Counted from the first letter of the stretch, positions 38,036-51,904 are shown. The stretch is DNA of 64,000 nt from Malacoraja senta (GCA_038087875.1 CM075988.1:9240001-9304000), one strand, 5' to 3'. Numbers and translations are program-made. Notes: generated by a model not told the origin, from the letters alone.

Positions 38036-39324
38036 CAGTTTCTAGTTCATAGTAGTTTAGTTGAAGTTCAAGCTGTTCATTAGCCTGATGATGGTTGGGA
38101 AGAAGTAGTAGTAGTTACAAGTTTCCCTCACGTCATGCACTATCCTGGTAGGGATTTATTTTACTGCCTTCACTAGTGCTGGGTCAAAGCTATTGAACTG
38201 TCTGCTCAACAACAAATGAACCCACCATTACCACAAATCAATGAATGAATGAATGAATTAATAAGGTTATACATGAATGAATAAGTTTATTGGCCAAGTG
38301 TGTTCACATACAAGGAATTCATAGTTCAATATGTAGAAAGCCACTGACTTCTGGAGGACAATATAGGATTGACGTTGTGTGTCAGTTTTGGCAGCAGTGC
38401 CCATGTGTTGCGAATGCATTTAAATTAATGTTGCGGCAATGAAATAATGGTTCTCAAGCTGTAAACAATTATTTATCCTTCTTTCTACATTTACGCTAGT
38501 GCTGTTTTCAAGAATCGTTAATCTTATTTCAGCTTTAGTCCTCTTTTACCAGCAGGCGTGCTTAGATGAATTATGAGCTTCATGGTCCACCAATTTTGAA
38601 GAGTAATATGGTTTGTGCAACACCACTGTTACTCTGGTTATGATATTAAATTGCCTTGAAATCGATGGGTTAAAGGCTGCATAGAAATAGCAAATAAATG
38701 AATCCACAAAGATGTTCTCAGCAGTTGTCTGTGAAAATACCCCCAAAATTGTCAGAAATACTTCCAGAGTTCATGATTTAACGGCCTTCTAAAACAAAGT
38801 GCACTGTTTATCTGCCTGCTTAGGCAGATGCTTCACCAACTTGTAAAGCTTGTCTCAGGCACAATGGATTTTTTTATTGTAAGCTTGAGTAGGAAAAGTC
38901 ATCATCTCTGTCCCAGTCATTGAATTTGGTCAATTGAAGAAGCAATATTAAGCTAAGGAGCTTGCGCAAAAACTGTGAGCTAAATCTCGAACGCAATTGG
39001 AATTAATAGGTAAAGCCTATTGGTTCCATTCATTGCTCCTCAATATTGGAACTTTACTCAACTTTACTCATGTTATGTTTTGAACATGGGAAGAAGCCAA
39101 AGAGAGCCCAAAGAACACAAGGTGCTGGAGTAACTCAGCAGGCCTGGCAGCATCTCTGCAGAACATGGACAGGTGACGTTTTGGGTCGAAGCCTTTCTTC
39201 AGACTGCTGACCTGCTGAGTTACTCCAACACTTTGTATCCTTTTGTGTATTAGCCAGCATCTGCAATTCCTTGTTGCTGCAAGAGCCCAATTGACGATTC
39301 TTAGTATTGATAAAACCATCGGGC

Positions 39325-39890
39325 ACAGAACAGTAGAGGAATAGGCCCTTCAGCCCAACATATCTCCTCCAACCATGATGCCAAACTAACGATTTCCATC
39401 TGCCTGCCCATGGTCCATATCCTTCTATTCCCTATCTGATTATGCGTCTCTCTAAATAGGTCTTAAATGTTACTGATTCCACAACCTCCCCAGCAGTGTG
39501 TTCCAGGCACTTACCACAATCTGTGTAAAAAAATGCTTGCCTTGCAAATCCACTTTACACATTCTCCCTCTCACCTTAAAGCTATACCCTTAAGTGTTGA
39601 CATTTCCACCCTGGAATGAAGACTCTCCTCTATCTATGCCTCTCATAACTTTATATACTTTTATCAGGTCACCTCTTGGCCTCCACCTGGACAGAAAAAA
39701 AACAGTCAACATTTGTCCAAACTTTACCCATAGTTAAAACTCTTTAATCCAGGAAAACACTGATGAGCCTCTTCTGCACCTTCTCCAAAATCCTTCCTGG
39801 AGTGTAACGACCAAAACTGCACACAATACTCCCAATGTGACCAAATGATAGTTGCACACAACTGCAACATTACTTCCTGACTTTTATACC
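39325..39890 (-). mobile_element. Old CR1 ORF2 C-terminal fragment
   Basis: Minus-strand EYCVQFWS and YKVMRGIDR remnants plus tail. Confidence 0.8.
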
Positions 39891-41701
39891 CATCTAATCT
39901 TCATCAGGAACCTAAAAAAAAATGAGATTTGAATAAATCTGATAAAGCAGTGCTCAACATTTTGACAAATTTTAGTATGTGAAATGGATGAGAAATATTA
40001 AATTGATCAATGGTGATTTGCTTTCAAATGCTTTGACATGATTATATCATTCATCTTCGCAAAACATCTTGAAATACCTTATTAGCTGCATAATTACAAA
40101 ATTTAAGCAAGCATGCAGACTAGCCAACCTGCTAATGTACTGAATGGCACACAGGGGATTTTGTTTGGCTTTTTAATTAGGTCAATTAGTCTTACATATA
40201 GTTGTGCGTAAATATTTAATTGTTTATAGTACATTTTATGACCTTAAAATCTTAACAAAATTAAAATCTTTGGATCATTTCCATATCTATTGAAAAGCCA
40301 GGTCCTTGTGAGCATGTCCAGAAAGAAGATCAATGTGAAGAAGGGTCCCAACCCGAAACACCACCTATCCAAGTTCTCCGGGGTTGCTGCCTGATCCATT
40401 GAGTTACTCCAGCACTTTGTGTCTTTCTTTGTAAACCAGCATCTGCAGTTGCTTGTAACTCCAGAAAGAAGAGAATTATTCATGTTCGTTACAGACCTGA
40501 GATGAATGTTGACTGAGATGTTCTATTTGTAATGTGGCCTTCCCATTTCTTGAGCCATGTATTGTCCAGTGTGAAGTTACGGCACATCGCTACTTTATTT
40601 ACTCAGCCTGTGTTGAGGTATCTACTCAGTTGGAGTAGGAATTGTTCTTGCCCAGAATGTCCACATCCCTCCTGAACCAAATTAACCTGTTAAATCACCA
40701 CATGAAATGGAGGTCAATGACGAAATTAAGTAACAAGAAACTGATTTTGTAGGGAGTCTCTGTATTCTCACCTCCATAATATATTATTCACCTCTATAGT
40801 CTGCTCCCTAGAACTAGTGTCACGTAACAATGTTCAAAAGGCTAAGATGTATTGGTTTCATATCAGGGCAGATCTTTGAACACCGCAATGCATACCTACC
40901 GCACTCCATCTTACAGTCAGTGGAGGTGAAAGATCACATCAAATCGTAACAAATAGGAGCTAAAATGTTGAACAATTCCATGAGGCAATGAAACCAAGCC
41001 TGCTCTGGTTCTGATTAATATGAGCTGAACTCTGCCCCAGGCAGAAATATCCAGTTCTTTCTCGAAAGTTGCTCGAGAATCAGAAGGGGCAGCAGCACAT
41101 TACCAAACCTAGTGTTCTCTGCTGAAAGAAATATCTCCTGACATCGACCTATTTCTGGCCTACATGTGGCCAGTGATCATGACTCTTGGCTCTCCCCAAT
41201 GGATTTATTTGCAATCAAGGATCTTCAAAACCACAATTTAACCATGATCAAAAGCACTCAGTGACAAGTTTGCATGTGAATCGACTTAATAAGAGAAGGG
41301 AATAAGAACTAGAAACACTGAATTTTTATAAAGACCACCTGTTTTACCTGTCATATTTGGCCTATACATACCCAGAAGATGATATACATGCAAGTTGAAT
41401 TCTCACTTGCAACTGGGTAAGTGGAGAATATGATTCAGGTTTCCCCATTTCAATCCTAAGATAGACACAAAATCTGGAGTAACTCAGTGGGACAGGCAGC
41501 ATCTCTGGAGAGAAAGAATGGGTGACGTTTCGGATCGAGACCCTTCTTCGCCGAAACGTCACCCATTCCTTCTCTCCGTAAAGTACTCCAGTACTTTATG
41601 TCTTTTTTTCAAGTTTTGGTTAGTTGTGGTTGGTCATATAAATATCTTCACAGGGGATCATGCATCATAATGAGTGTTTTCCTCAATGAAAATTCTGACA
41701 C

Positions 41702-41995
41702 GTGGCATGGTGGCGTAGTGGTAGAGCTGCCGCCTTAAGACACCAGGGAACCGGGTTCAATCCTCACTGCAGGTGCTTGGAGTTTGTACGTTCTCCCCAT
41801 GGGTTTTCTCCAAGATCTCGTTTTCCTCTCACACTCCAAAGAAGTACCGATTTGTTGGTTTATTGACTTGGTATAAATGTAAAATTACTCCTAGTGTGTG
41901 TAGGGAAGTGTTAACTTGCGGGGATCGCTGGTCGGTGCCGAATCGGTGGGCCGAAGGGCCTGTTTCCACGCTGTATCTCTAAATTAAACTAAAAA
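41702..41995 (+). mobile_element. V-SINE (HE1-like)
   Basis: SINE pattern. Confidence 0.9.
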
Positions 41996-42792
41996 CAAAA
42001 AAAGGGAAAAGCTAACTTAAAACCATCAGAACAATTAAAATCTCATGAATAAATAAACTGTCTTTGCTGTATTATGGTGCCTTTGGATCAAGCATAGGTG
42101 ATGTGTTGATAGCTACATTTTAAGGATTGTTCTGCCTTTTAATTCAGCTTATTTACAGCTTGTTTGTCTCCCTTCTTCAGACTCCCTTTTGTTGGAATCA
42201 TGTTTTTAATCTACCTTTCAAGTTCTTGACAAGCTGATGGAAGGGACATGATTGATGGCTTCATGGAGTAATAGATCTGCATGGTAAATGGCAGTGTTTC
42301 CTGTTCATACTCTTAGCCCTGTCTGTAGCCTGTTTCCTTCAAGTTCAGAATCAAAGCCGTTTCAGATGAATGAGGGCCGTGTGAAGAATATGTGACAACA
42401 TTGTTGAGTGTCGAGTGTGTTCAAACACATTTAACCAGCATTAGGTAGTTTGACCTGTCTAGGTGAGGTGCACACAATTGTACCTCTGCATGATTTGCAG
42501 GAAGCCTACTTGACTGTCTCCTGTCCACCAAAGGAAGACTATTTCTTTGCAATATGTCACGAGCTATCCTTCACTTCCACACTAATCGTTCAAATGGAAA
42601 AGGCAAAGTAAATTCTTCAAGTTGATGATGGGGCTGATTTTGAATGTCCAGTTGTAAAGGGAATAAATGGAGGAGGGAGGTGAGGAGGAGGGGGGGGGGT
42701 GGAGGGAGCTGTTAGTGGCGGAAGTGGATGCACAGACCAAGTGATGATAACTTATGCTACTGCACAGAAACATTGTTGTACCCAGCCAACTA

Positions 42793-43092
42793 GGGCAGCG
42801 CAGTGGCGCAGCCGTAGAGTTGCTGCCTTACAGTGCCAGAGACCCAGGTTTCATCCCGAGTGTGGTTGCTGTCTGTACGGAGTTTGTATTTTCTCCCTGT
42901 GACAGCATGGGTTTTCCCAGGGTGTTCCGGGTTTCCTCCCACACTCCAAAGAGGTACAGGTTTGTAGATTAATTTGCTTTGGTTAAAAATTGTGTAGGAT
43001 AGTGTTAATGATTGTTGGTCGGCCCGGACTCGGTGGGGCGAAGGGCCTGTTTCCGCGCTGTATCTCTAAAGTCTAAAACATGTCTAAAGTCT
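42793..43092 (+). mobile_element. V-SINE (HE1-like)
   Basis: SINE pattern. Confidence 0.9.
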
Positions 43093-43199
43093 ATGGTCTG
43101 ACTGGGCTCAGTCCAAGAATGACTTAGCCTGTGCTTTTTATTAGTTAAGAAGGCAAACAACATTGTTGGTTTTTACTGCTGAGATACTGGAGTTCAAGT

Positions 43200-43505
43200 T
43201 CAGCTGGTAGACTTGCTCCTGTGCAGCACCAGAGACCTGGGTTCGATCCTAATCTTGGGTGCTGTCTCTGTGGAGTTTGCACATTCTCCCTGTGACCACG
43301 TGTGTTTCCTCCGGATACTCCAGTTTCCTCCCATACCCCAAACACCTGCGGATTTGTATGTTAATTGGCTTCTGTAAATTGTCCTGAGTGTGGAGGGGGA
43401 GGATGGGAAAGTGGAATGACAGAGAATGAGTGTGAACGGGTGATTAACAGTCAGCGTGAACTCTGTGGGCCCTAGGGCCTGTTTCTATGCTTATTTCTAA
43501 ATTAT
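43200..43505 (+). mobile_element. V-SINE (variant)
   Basis: SINE pattern with a variant 3' part like that at 15534. Confidence 0.85.
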
Positions 43506-43659
43506 ATTTAATTACCTAATTGATATTTTGTAAACCGGCATCTGTTGTTCCTTGTGTGATGCTCAAGCTAATGTCCAGGGTTAGTTTGATATACTACTGC
43601 TGTGCAACACACTTAAAAGATCTGTAATGCCAAAAAGATGTGCTTGACAATTTTCTGTC

Positions 43660-44530
43660 ACAAGAACACAAGAGAATAGGAACAAGAGCGGGCATCACTG
43701 CCCCTCATCTTGCCCTGTCATTCTATACAATGTTGGCTGATCTAAACTGGCTGCATCTCCTCTTTTGCTCTGTTCCCCATGACCTTAATTTCCTTGATCT
43801 TTCAAATATTTTATATATCTAATAATCTGGTCTCCACCACCTGGGGTGGAGAATTCCAAAGACTAACTACCTTCTGAGACAAGAACTAACTTTTCCCTTA
43901 TTTTTGCCGCAATTTTTCCTTGTTGGTGATTCTCCCAGATTGATAAAAGCTCAACTACTCTGTAAAGAATTTGATATGTTTTAATAAGGTCACCGCTCAT
44001 TCTTCTAAACTCCAAAGAATTCAGACTCCAACTGAATAGCCGCTCTTGATAGGTCAAACCTTTCATCCTAGGTGTTACACCAGTGATTCATTAGATGACT
44101 TCCAATGCAACTACAACCATTTTTAGGTAAGGGAACCAAACTGCTTGCAGTATTCCAGGTCTGGTCTCACCAACATCCGATACAACTTTACCAAAGCCTC
44201 CTTAAGGGCCTGTCCCACTTTCCCGAGTTACTCACGAATTCTCCCGAGTTTTCCCCTTGATTCAAACTCAGAGAATGTCCGTAGCGAGTCCGTAGGAGGC
44301 CGTGGGAGTTCGTAGACATATCGTAGCAGCTCGTTATGCCAGCCGTCGGTACTCGGGGCATCAGGTAAGTTGGGACGTTTTTTCCAGTATGACAAAAAAG
44401 TCCACGAGTAAAAAGATAGTCGGGAGGAGGAGTTCGTAAATCACAAAAATCTTTATTTTTTTTAAGGTCCTTTCAATTCGGCAGAGGACTCGGGAAAGTG
44501 GGACAGGCCCATTATTCTTGAACTCTAGTG
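43660..44530 (-). mobile_element. Old CR1 fragment hosting a MITE
   Basis: LVRPDLEYC and MKGLTYQERL..SLEFRRMSGDLIKTY remnants. Confidence 0.8.
44205..44511. mobile_element. Harbinger/PIF-like MITE
   Basis: TIR gggcctgtcccactttcccgagt; TTA on both flanks (44202-44204, 44512-44514). Confidence 0.85.
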
Positions 44531-45033
44531 ACTCTCCAGAAAAAGTCAACAATGCTGTTCGTCCCAGTCACACAATGTGGAAACAGGCCCAACCAATTTT
44601 TCTGTGTGCCTGCTAACTTTTTGTGATCCATGATTAAATCCTCTGTGATTTCCCCTCATCATCTGTATCTCCTGATCCCCTACTTTAAAGAACAATCTGT
44701 TCCTCCAATTTTTATAATTTTTGTTTATGTTCCTCCTGTTACCCACCTGCATGACTGTAACTCCTCCCCAACCCGAGACTTTGAAAATTTCACGATTAAG
44801 TGTCTTTGACTCATCAATTAAAAACCATCTCTATATTAAGCTGACCAAGCATGAGCTTTATAATATCTCATTTGTTAGCTCAATGTCTCATTTCACCCCT
44901 CTGAAACACCCTGGGAATTGTGTTGCTATATACATGCAAGTTATTGATGCAATGCTTTTATGGGAATTTTAGTGTGAAACACACATTTGGAGAAATAAAT
45001 AATGAATATGAAATCCCTACATTTATTGGTTAG

Positions 45034-48000
45034 AATAGTAAGATTAAACGAGAACTTACCAGTTTGAAGTTTGATCTTTATTTTATGAGGAGTTACGTTG
45101 GTGATTACGTGAAGAAGACCCGTCAGGGCGCATGCGCGTCAATCTTCAAAGCAGCGGTATGAAATCACAGACAACACCATAATTGAAGTAACATATTAAG
45201 ATGATCAACATGAGAACTACCATTATGACCTTTTTTCTATGAGAGAGGGTTGGGCGTGGCGGCCACGTAATCACCAACGTAACTCCTCATAAAATAAAGA
45301 TCAAACTTCAAACTGGTAAGTTCTCGTTTAATCTTACTATTTTTCTTCGGAGTCACGTGAGTGACTACGTGAAGATTTTAAAGCTCTGTGATTTTTATGC
45401 CGCAGATCAAAATCCCGGCTTCTCACTGCATCGATTGACTCTGAGTATCATCAATAATGCTGTAAACATGACATTGCATATCATGCAAAAACAAAACAGT
45501 TTTATTTTTGGTCATAAAACAACCAATAAACCCTCTTAATTTAGGGGCAACAAACGAAACAGAATTAAACAGTATTGAAAACAGACTTTAAACAATAGCA
45601 ACAGCACTCAATATTGAGTGGGCAAACAGCCCTCCATCGGCAATCGGCCGATGGTAGTATTGCTGAAACACAAGTTCATTTTTCCAACCTGCGGCTTTTA
45701 ATATATGGTCGATGGGAACGTCCATCGCCCTGACCGTGGATGTTGCTACTGCGCTAGTGGAATGAGATGTAAACACATAAATGTTAATTCCTGCCTGAAC
45801 CAACTCTTGCTTTAACCACGTTGAGATAGTCTGAACTGCCACTCTTTTATGTTGGCTTCTTGTAACTGACAAATAATCCTGTTTCATCTTGTCTTAAAGC
45901 CCTTGTGGCTTCAATGTAATGTAACAAATGTGTCCTTACACATAAACATGGAGCTGTAGGATATGTTGAGAACACAATCGTAAATCCTGTCACACCTGGC
46001 CTGCTTTGTTTGAGCAGGTCATAAATATAAAACAGAACATTCTCTGTAGTCACTTCCATTCTATCTAACTGAAGTTTTTGCAAAGTCTGCACTCTCTGTA
46101 CTGACACCAATGCCATTAGCATAGCCAATTTCATGGTTAATTTTAACAAAGTTATAGACGTGACAGGGACCCAATGAAGTAGCATGTTAAGAACAATGCT
46201 TACATCGCAGATTACCATATACCTAGGCTGAGGCGGTTTGGAATTAAAGATTCCTTTCATCAACCTAGATATGAGAGGGTGAGAACCTATACTTTGTGTC
46301 CGTGCACCTATTACAAGATATGCCGACAAAGCACTTTTAGCTGTATTGATAGCACTATAGCTAAGACCCTCATCATAATAAAGTGTAGATAAAACTTTAA
46401 CACATTTTCCATAACTACAGTATCATATTGAATATTCTTTTGAACACAATATTGTTCCCATTTAAAAAAAAAAAAAAATTTCATAAGTCATATACTGCTT
46501 TTGAGTACTCTTTCTCCAGGCTGCAGTGAGTATATCCACCGTTCGCCTTGAAAGTCCTCGACTAATGTAAGGCATTCTTAAAAAACCTGCAAATTAACAG
46601 ATCAATACGATCACATAACGGATGAACTTAACGCGTTACTGGATACTCCAGCAAATTCCTACTGTTTGGAATCAGCAAAAGGAGGTTGGATCGCTATCTG
46701 TAACATCAAAGGGAACCATGGTTGAATCGGGCAATTTGGAATCACCAAAACCCCTGAAGCGGCATCCTGCTTGATTTTCTCAAACACCGACCTATGAGGC
46801 AGAATGGTGGGAAAATGTACACAAACATATCATCCCAATTTAGTGAAAAAGCATCAATTGCCACTGCCCCTGGATCTGGTGCCCATGAAACATATTTTGG
46901 CCTTCCATATAGAAGTACTATGTTCTTGAACACATCCTGGTTCAAGATCCACTCTGTGTTATCACGAAATTTTCGTGAGCTGCCATCTGGTACTACATTA
47001 AGTTTCCCTGGCAGATAGATAGCTCCAATCCAAATCTCTCTATCTCTACTCCAGGTCCAATTGTATTTGCCAACCTGTCACATGATAACAATTTGATTCC
47101 ACCCATGTGATTCATATCAGCAACTGCTGTAGTGTTGTCTATTTTGCACTGCATATGCAAACTAGTTTAGTTAGTGCCATAAGCCTTGAGTCCATAAAAT
47201 ACTCTTGGTTAATTCCCCATGTTTGCAGAAGCAATGTTCATCTGTCTCCACCGCTGGATCTTGTAGCAGTAGCACCCTACCCAAGTGCTCTGACATCTGT
47301 CTGCAAATCATGGAAGCTTGGTCCAATAACACTTTGGAACTACTAGTGGACACATGCTGAATCCACCATTGTACATCAGCAACAGCCTCTATTGATAGAA
47401 GCATAGGTCTATTATAATGACCCTAATGTATCCTCAGTGCTTGTTCCTTTGACCTTTGTAATTGTAGATAATAAAGTGGCCACTATTGAACTGCTGGAAA
47501 TGCTGCCAGCAATTTCCCCAGCAGACTCATCACCTGGCTAATTGAAGGCTGTGTGTCAGCAATTAACTTGATCCAGCTCTTAATTAGCTCTACCCTTTTT
47601 TGCCTGGGCAAGGTCACAATCATGTTGATTAAGTCTATTGTGAACCCAACTAGTCAATTTGTGTCACAGGTATTAATTTAGATTTCTATGGATTCCATCT
47701 TAAAATGTCTATACCATACAAAAGGGTTAAGCCTATTCATGTCCTGTATAATTCTGCATCCCCATCCTTTTTTGGTCTGGGAAAGATATTGGACACAAAC
47801 TGATGGCTTTGGTAAACTGCCTTAGCAATTACACCTTTATTACATAAGCTTGCAAGTTCCACCTAAACTTCCAATTGTTCAGTGATACTGGTCAAACTCC
47901 TTCTTGGAACATGTTGCATGGGTAAATCAGAATTTGCATTAAGCTTTATTCGATACCCTTCAATAATCTTCAGTATAAACATATCTGAGGTAAACATTTA

Positions 48001-48501
48001 ATTGTATCACATTAGATCTGTCTACATGAGAACCAGACCCACTTACCTCTTTACCACCTGGCATTCTTCCCCGGCCTCGAGCTGGATATCTCACCTTCCC
48101 TGGCGCTGCTACAGCCGAACGCCAACTGCGCTGCATCGTATCTGGACTCGTCCCTTGCCTTTACCAGTCTCCTCGCTTATAGGGATACTTCCGCTTTGGT
48201 GGATACTTGGCTGCTGGCTGCTTAATCAAACCCACCGTCTTGGCCTCCTCCTCCAGCTCCTTCACCTGCTTTGCGAAATCCTCGCCAAACAGCTGTGCCG
48301 GTTGCACTGTGCCAGGCTGGCAGAGTAAAGCATATTTAGGGTTGATGTTTGGTCTAAACGCAGTCTTGCGGAGGCAGTTGATCTCAAAGTGGGCACTGCA
48401 CAATAGCGCCACACCTTTTGTTGTAATTTTGTCATGGCCTCTCCATCCACCATCCTGGCAAAGCTCTCCACGTAGTCACTCACGTGACTCCGAAATAAAA
48501 T
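45034..48501 (-). mobile_element. DIRS1-type retrotransposon, internally deleted (copy 2, diverged subfamily)
   Basis: Same termini and ICR (45264-45375) as copy 1; YR (HSTS, AAGWK..FQQYY), MT (DAFSLNW..YIFPPF), RNase H and gag remnants. Confidence 0.95.
45588..46580 (-). pseudogene. DIRS tyrosine recombinase, frameshifted (copy 2)
   Basis: ORFs 45588-45887 and 45847-46329 are homologous to 33755-34751. Confidence 0.9.
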
Positions 48502-49257
48502 TGATATTTTGGTTGGTATCGCTGTCATCACATTTTTCCACCCAGAGTGTTAAAAGAAAAGTTCCTCCAGCATTAACACGGTCTGCTGCCCTTTTAGGAG
48601 GTGAATTTTAATACTCTATGTATCACCAGCATAATTCCAGCAGCTTTTGCTTGGGACCGTCTGTATCAGTTGTACAGTTTATCTACTTGGCTGCGGCAAT
48701 TACACATGCAGCTTAGAAAGCAGACGCAATATATATAAATCAACTGTATGAAGCACAGATGCATCCACTTTGGATACACAACAAGGAGAAAAGATAAATG
48801 GCTCACCTGCATCTGGTCCCATACAGTCTGCCTACTTTCGTGCCAAGTACCGGTTGAACAAACTGTGCTTGCGGTGAACACGACAGAATGCATATTATGG
48901 AAACCATGAAAGAAAAGCAGAAACGTGGGCTGTTTTGAATAGAAATTACACTAAATTTGCCTCAGCAATACCTGGGAGGCTTTAAATCATTAGTCATCCC
49001 TGCAGCCGAGGCATTCTAAGCGCAATTGTATTACAAATCTATCGGCACAAATTTTGTTAAAGTAATTAGTGCTGTTATTTTATGTAAATTCCTTTTAATG
49101 TCACCAATAAGAAAATTTAAACAGGCTTAAGCATGATAAATAAAAGATAAAGCTTCAACTAGAATTTGGATACTAGGTATTTGCCACATGCAGTGCCTTT
49201 ACCCATTTGGACGTTTGTTCCAGGAATCTGGCTTTTTTTATTTGGGTTATTTACATT

Positions 49258-49550
49258 TTTTTAGTTTAGAGATACAGCGCGGAAACAGGCCCTTCGGCCC
49301 ACTGAGTCCGCGCCGACCACCGATCCCCGCACACTAACACTATCCTACACACAAGGGACAATTTACAGTCTTTACCAAGCCAACCTGTACGTCTTTGGAG
49401 TGTGCGAGGAAACCGGAGCTCCTGGAGAAAACCAACACAGGTCATGGGAAGAGTGTACAAACTCTGCGCAGACTGCACCCATAGTCAGGATCGAACCTGG
49501 GTCTGTGGTGCTGTAAGGCAGCAATTCTACCGCTGCGCCGCCGTGCCGCC
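49258..49550 (-). mobile_element. V-SINE (HE1-like)
   Basis: Reverse complement of the SINE pattern. Confidence 0.9.
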
Positions 49551-50529
49551 ACCAGAGGTTAAACGAATAGTTTCAGGATAAAGTAAGAAAGGATAACTAT
49601 TTGTGACACGAGTGAGGTGAAAATAGGAAATCCTTGCACAAAAAGGGAAGGCAGAACAGTTGAAGCTCTTGGCTGACAGGGTTCGAAGGTTCTAAACAGG
49701 TTGTTTCTGCCTGAGAGGGCAGAGATGCAAGGAATTGGAAAAGAGATGAATCAATGTGTCATCTTCACCCCACCTCAACCAGCCCACCTCCATGCGTGTA
49801 CTGCAAATACAGCTACCTTTGCTGATTATTGTAAGATATTTCAGGGCCTTTCGTGAGCAAATTGGATTATATACTTATATACAAGGAACTGCAGATGCTG
49901 ATTACAAAAAAAAGACACAAATTGCTGGAGTCACTCAGTAGGTCAGGCAGCTGGAGAACATGGATCGGTGACATTTTGGATCGGGATCCTTCTTCAGATT
50001 GATGAAGGGGCCTGAAGAAGCAGTTTGAGGAAGGGTCCCAACTTGAAACATCACCTATCGATGTTTTCCAAAGATACTGCCTGACTGCTGAGTTACTCCA
50101 GTACTTTGGGTCCTGAGTAATATACTTACTTTGTGTAATTTACAGGAGTCAAATGTTTTTTATCACCAATTGGTGACCCCTGTAATAGTCCTACTGAGCA
50201 GAGAAAATTAACCCATTTACACGTCGTCCCAGTAATAATTAAATCTGTGTCTCTGAAAAAAGTAGCCTGTTAATTAAAATATTACATTTTTAATCTTTAC
50301 TCGAAAATTATAATCGGAATTTAATAGTCATCATCTGTGCACTGCTCTCAGAAGTACACATGTTTCTCAAGTTCTTATTCTTTTAAATGATTCTTCTACT
50401 TTTCCTCGGTTACAAACCATGTTTGTGAACAGGCCACATTCTCTTGAGAAAGACGAAGTGTAGGAGAAATGCAATAAAATTAGAAATAATAAAGAAAGGT
50501 GATGGTTTAGAAACTGTCTTGCAGCCTAA

Positions 50530-50812
50530 ACAGCTTGTTTAGCTGGAGACGCCGATGTGAGCAGCGTAGGCCGGTAGGGGGGTGAACCGGGCAAATGCCT
50601 CCAGCACCTTAAAGGTCGGCTGCAGGAGGAATCCGTGGGACACAAAGATGGCGAGGATAGGAGAGGGACGTCGGTTTGCGGGAATCTCTCCAGTACATCG
50701 AGCGCGGGACAACCAGACATTGGACTTTGAATAACGGCCCCCATAAATGGCGGCGCCTGCATGTCACTGCGTTTCACTGCGCAGTTGCACATTTGACAAA
50801 CAAAGCACTCTT
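50530..50812 (+). mobile_element. GC-rich short retroposon with Rex1-like tail; related copy at ~53545-53690
   Basis: Both share ggacttt...atggc.gcgcctgcatg...gcagttgcacat.tgacaaa. Confidence 0.55.
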
Positions 50813-51269
50813 GCTGTGCATAGAATCCAAGCCATCATGCTCCAGAGAGTCAGACTTCCAGCCTCAGACCACATGACTTTTTACATCAGCACCTACTGAG
50901 ATTCACTTTATGATAGGAGTCTTAATCTCCTCCACAATTTTCCCAACATAAATTGCAATCAAATAACAACAACAGGTGCACACCAAATATAATTGATCTA
51001 AAGTGAGATTCTTATCCACACTGGCCTGTAAGCAGTAGTATTTGTCTGTGCACAGAATATCCGACTTTCACTGCTTATGTTCCCAGAGAACTGCTATTTA
51101 AAGTCACATTGCACTTTTTGTGCTCACAGACTTATCTAACGTCCTTCAACCTTCTGCAAGTCGTGACTGTGTTGCCTAAAGGGGACAAGATTGTGATTAT
51201 TCCCAGCTACTCAGATGCAGGGACATTTCCTACCACTGCTGTTGGAGGGAATTTTGTGTTTTCCGTCAG

Positions 51270-51895
51270 GGAATGTTGATTTGCAGGCGAGATGTCTGTC
51301 AGGGAATGTTGCCGACTGGCCCGCTGCAGACTGCAGGAGTACATGCTGAAGGGCCTGTCTCACTTGGGCGTCATTTGCGTGTCACGCAGGTGGCGCGCAA
51401 AGATTCTGTGAATCCCAAAATCCTGGGGCGCCGCGCGCGACCGCGCGTCACTGACTACATCACCATGCACCATGCGGGCGTAATGCACGCCACGCGTGCA
51501 TCACGTGCGCATCACAACGCGTGCGTCGTTCATCATGACGCGTAAATGATGTCGCGTAAATGACGCGCAAATGACGCCCAAGTGGGATAGGCCCTTGAGG
51601 GACGCACTGAAGCTCGGTGCAGCCAACGCCAAGGCTCTGTGAGGGAGGACCACAGTCTAGGGTTCTTCTGCTGCTGGACATGGGGGGGTGGGGCAGAGTG
51701 TGGTAGAGATGGCCCTCAAAATAAGGGAAGGGATTTCACGCCAGTGGGCCACAAGAGTGGCAAGGATGATGGGCTAAATTGTGATTTGGGTAAAAATGTA
51801 TTGAATGTATGTATAGCCTCCGAGAATGTTGGAATAATTTTTTTGTACATGTATTGTATATATTTATTACCCGAATAAAGTCTATTTTTAATTTT
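51270..51895 (+). mobile_element. Tx1/L1-clade LINE 3' end, interrupted by a MITE
   Basis: With the MITE removed it reads ECCRLARCRLQEYMLRDALKLGAANAKAL*GRTTV*; the 3' UTR ends aataaagtctattttt. Confidence 0.75.
51350..51595. mobile_element. Harbinger/PIF-like MITE
   Basis: TIR agggcctgtctcacttgggcgtcatttgcg; TGA on both flanks (51347-51349, 51596-51598). Confidence 0.85.
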
Positions 51896-51904
51896 TTTTT
51901 TAAA

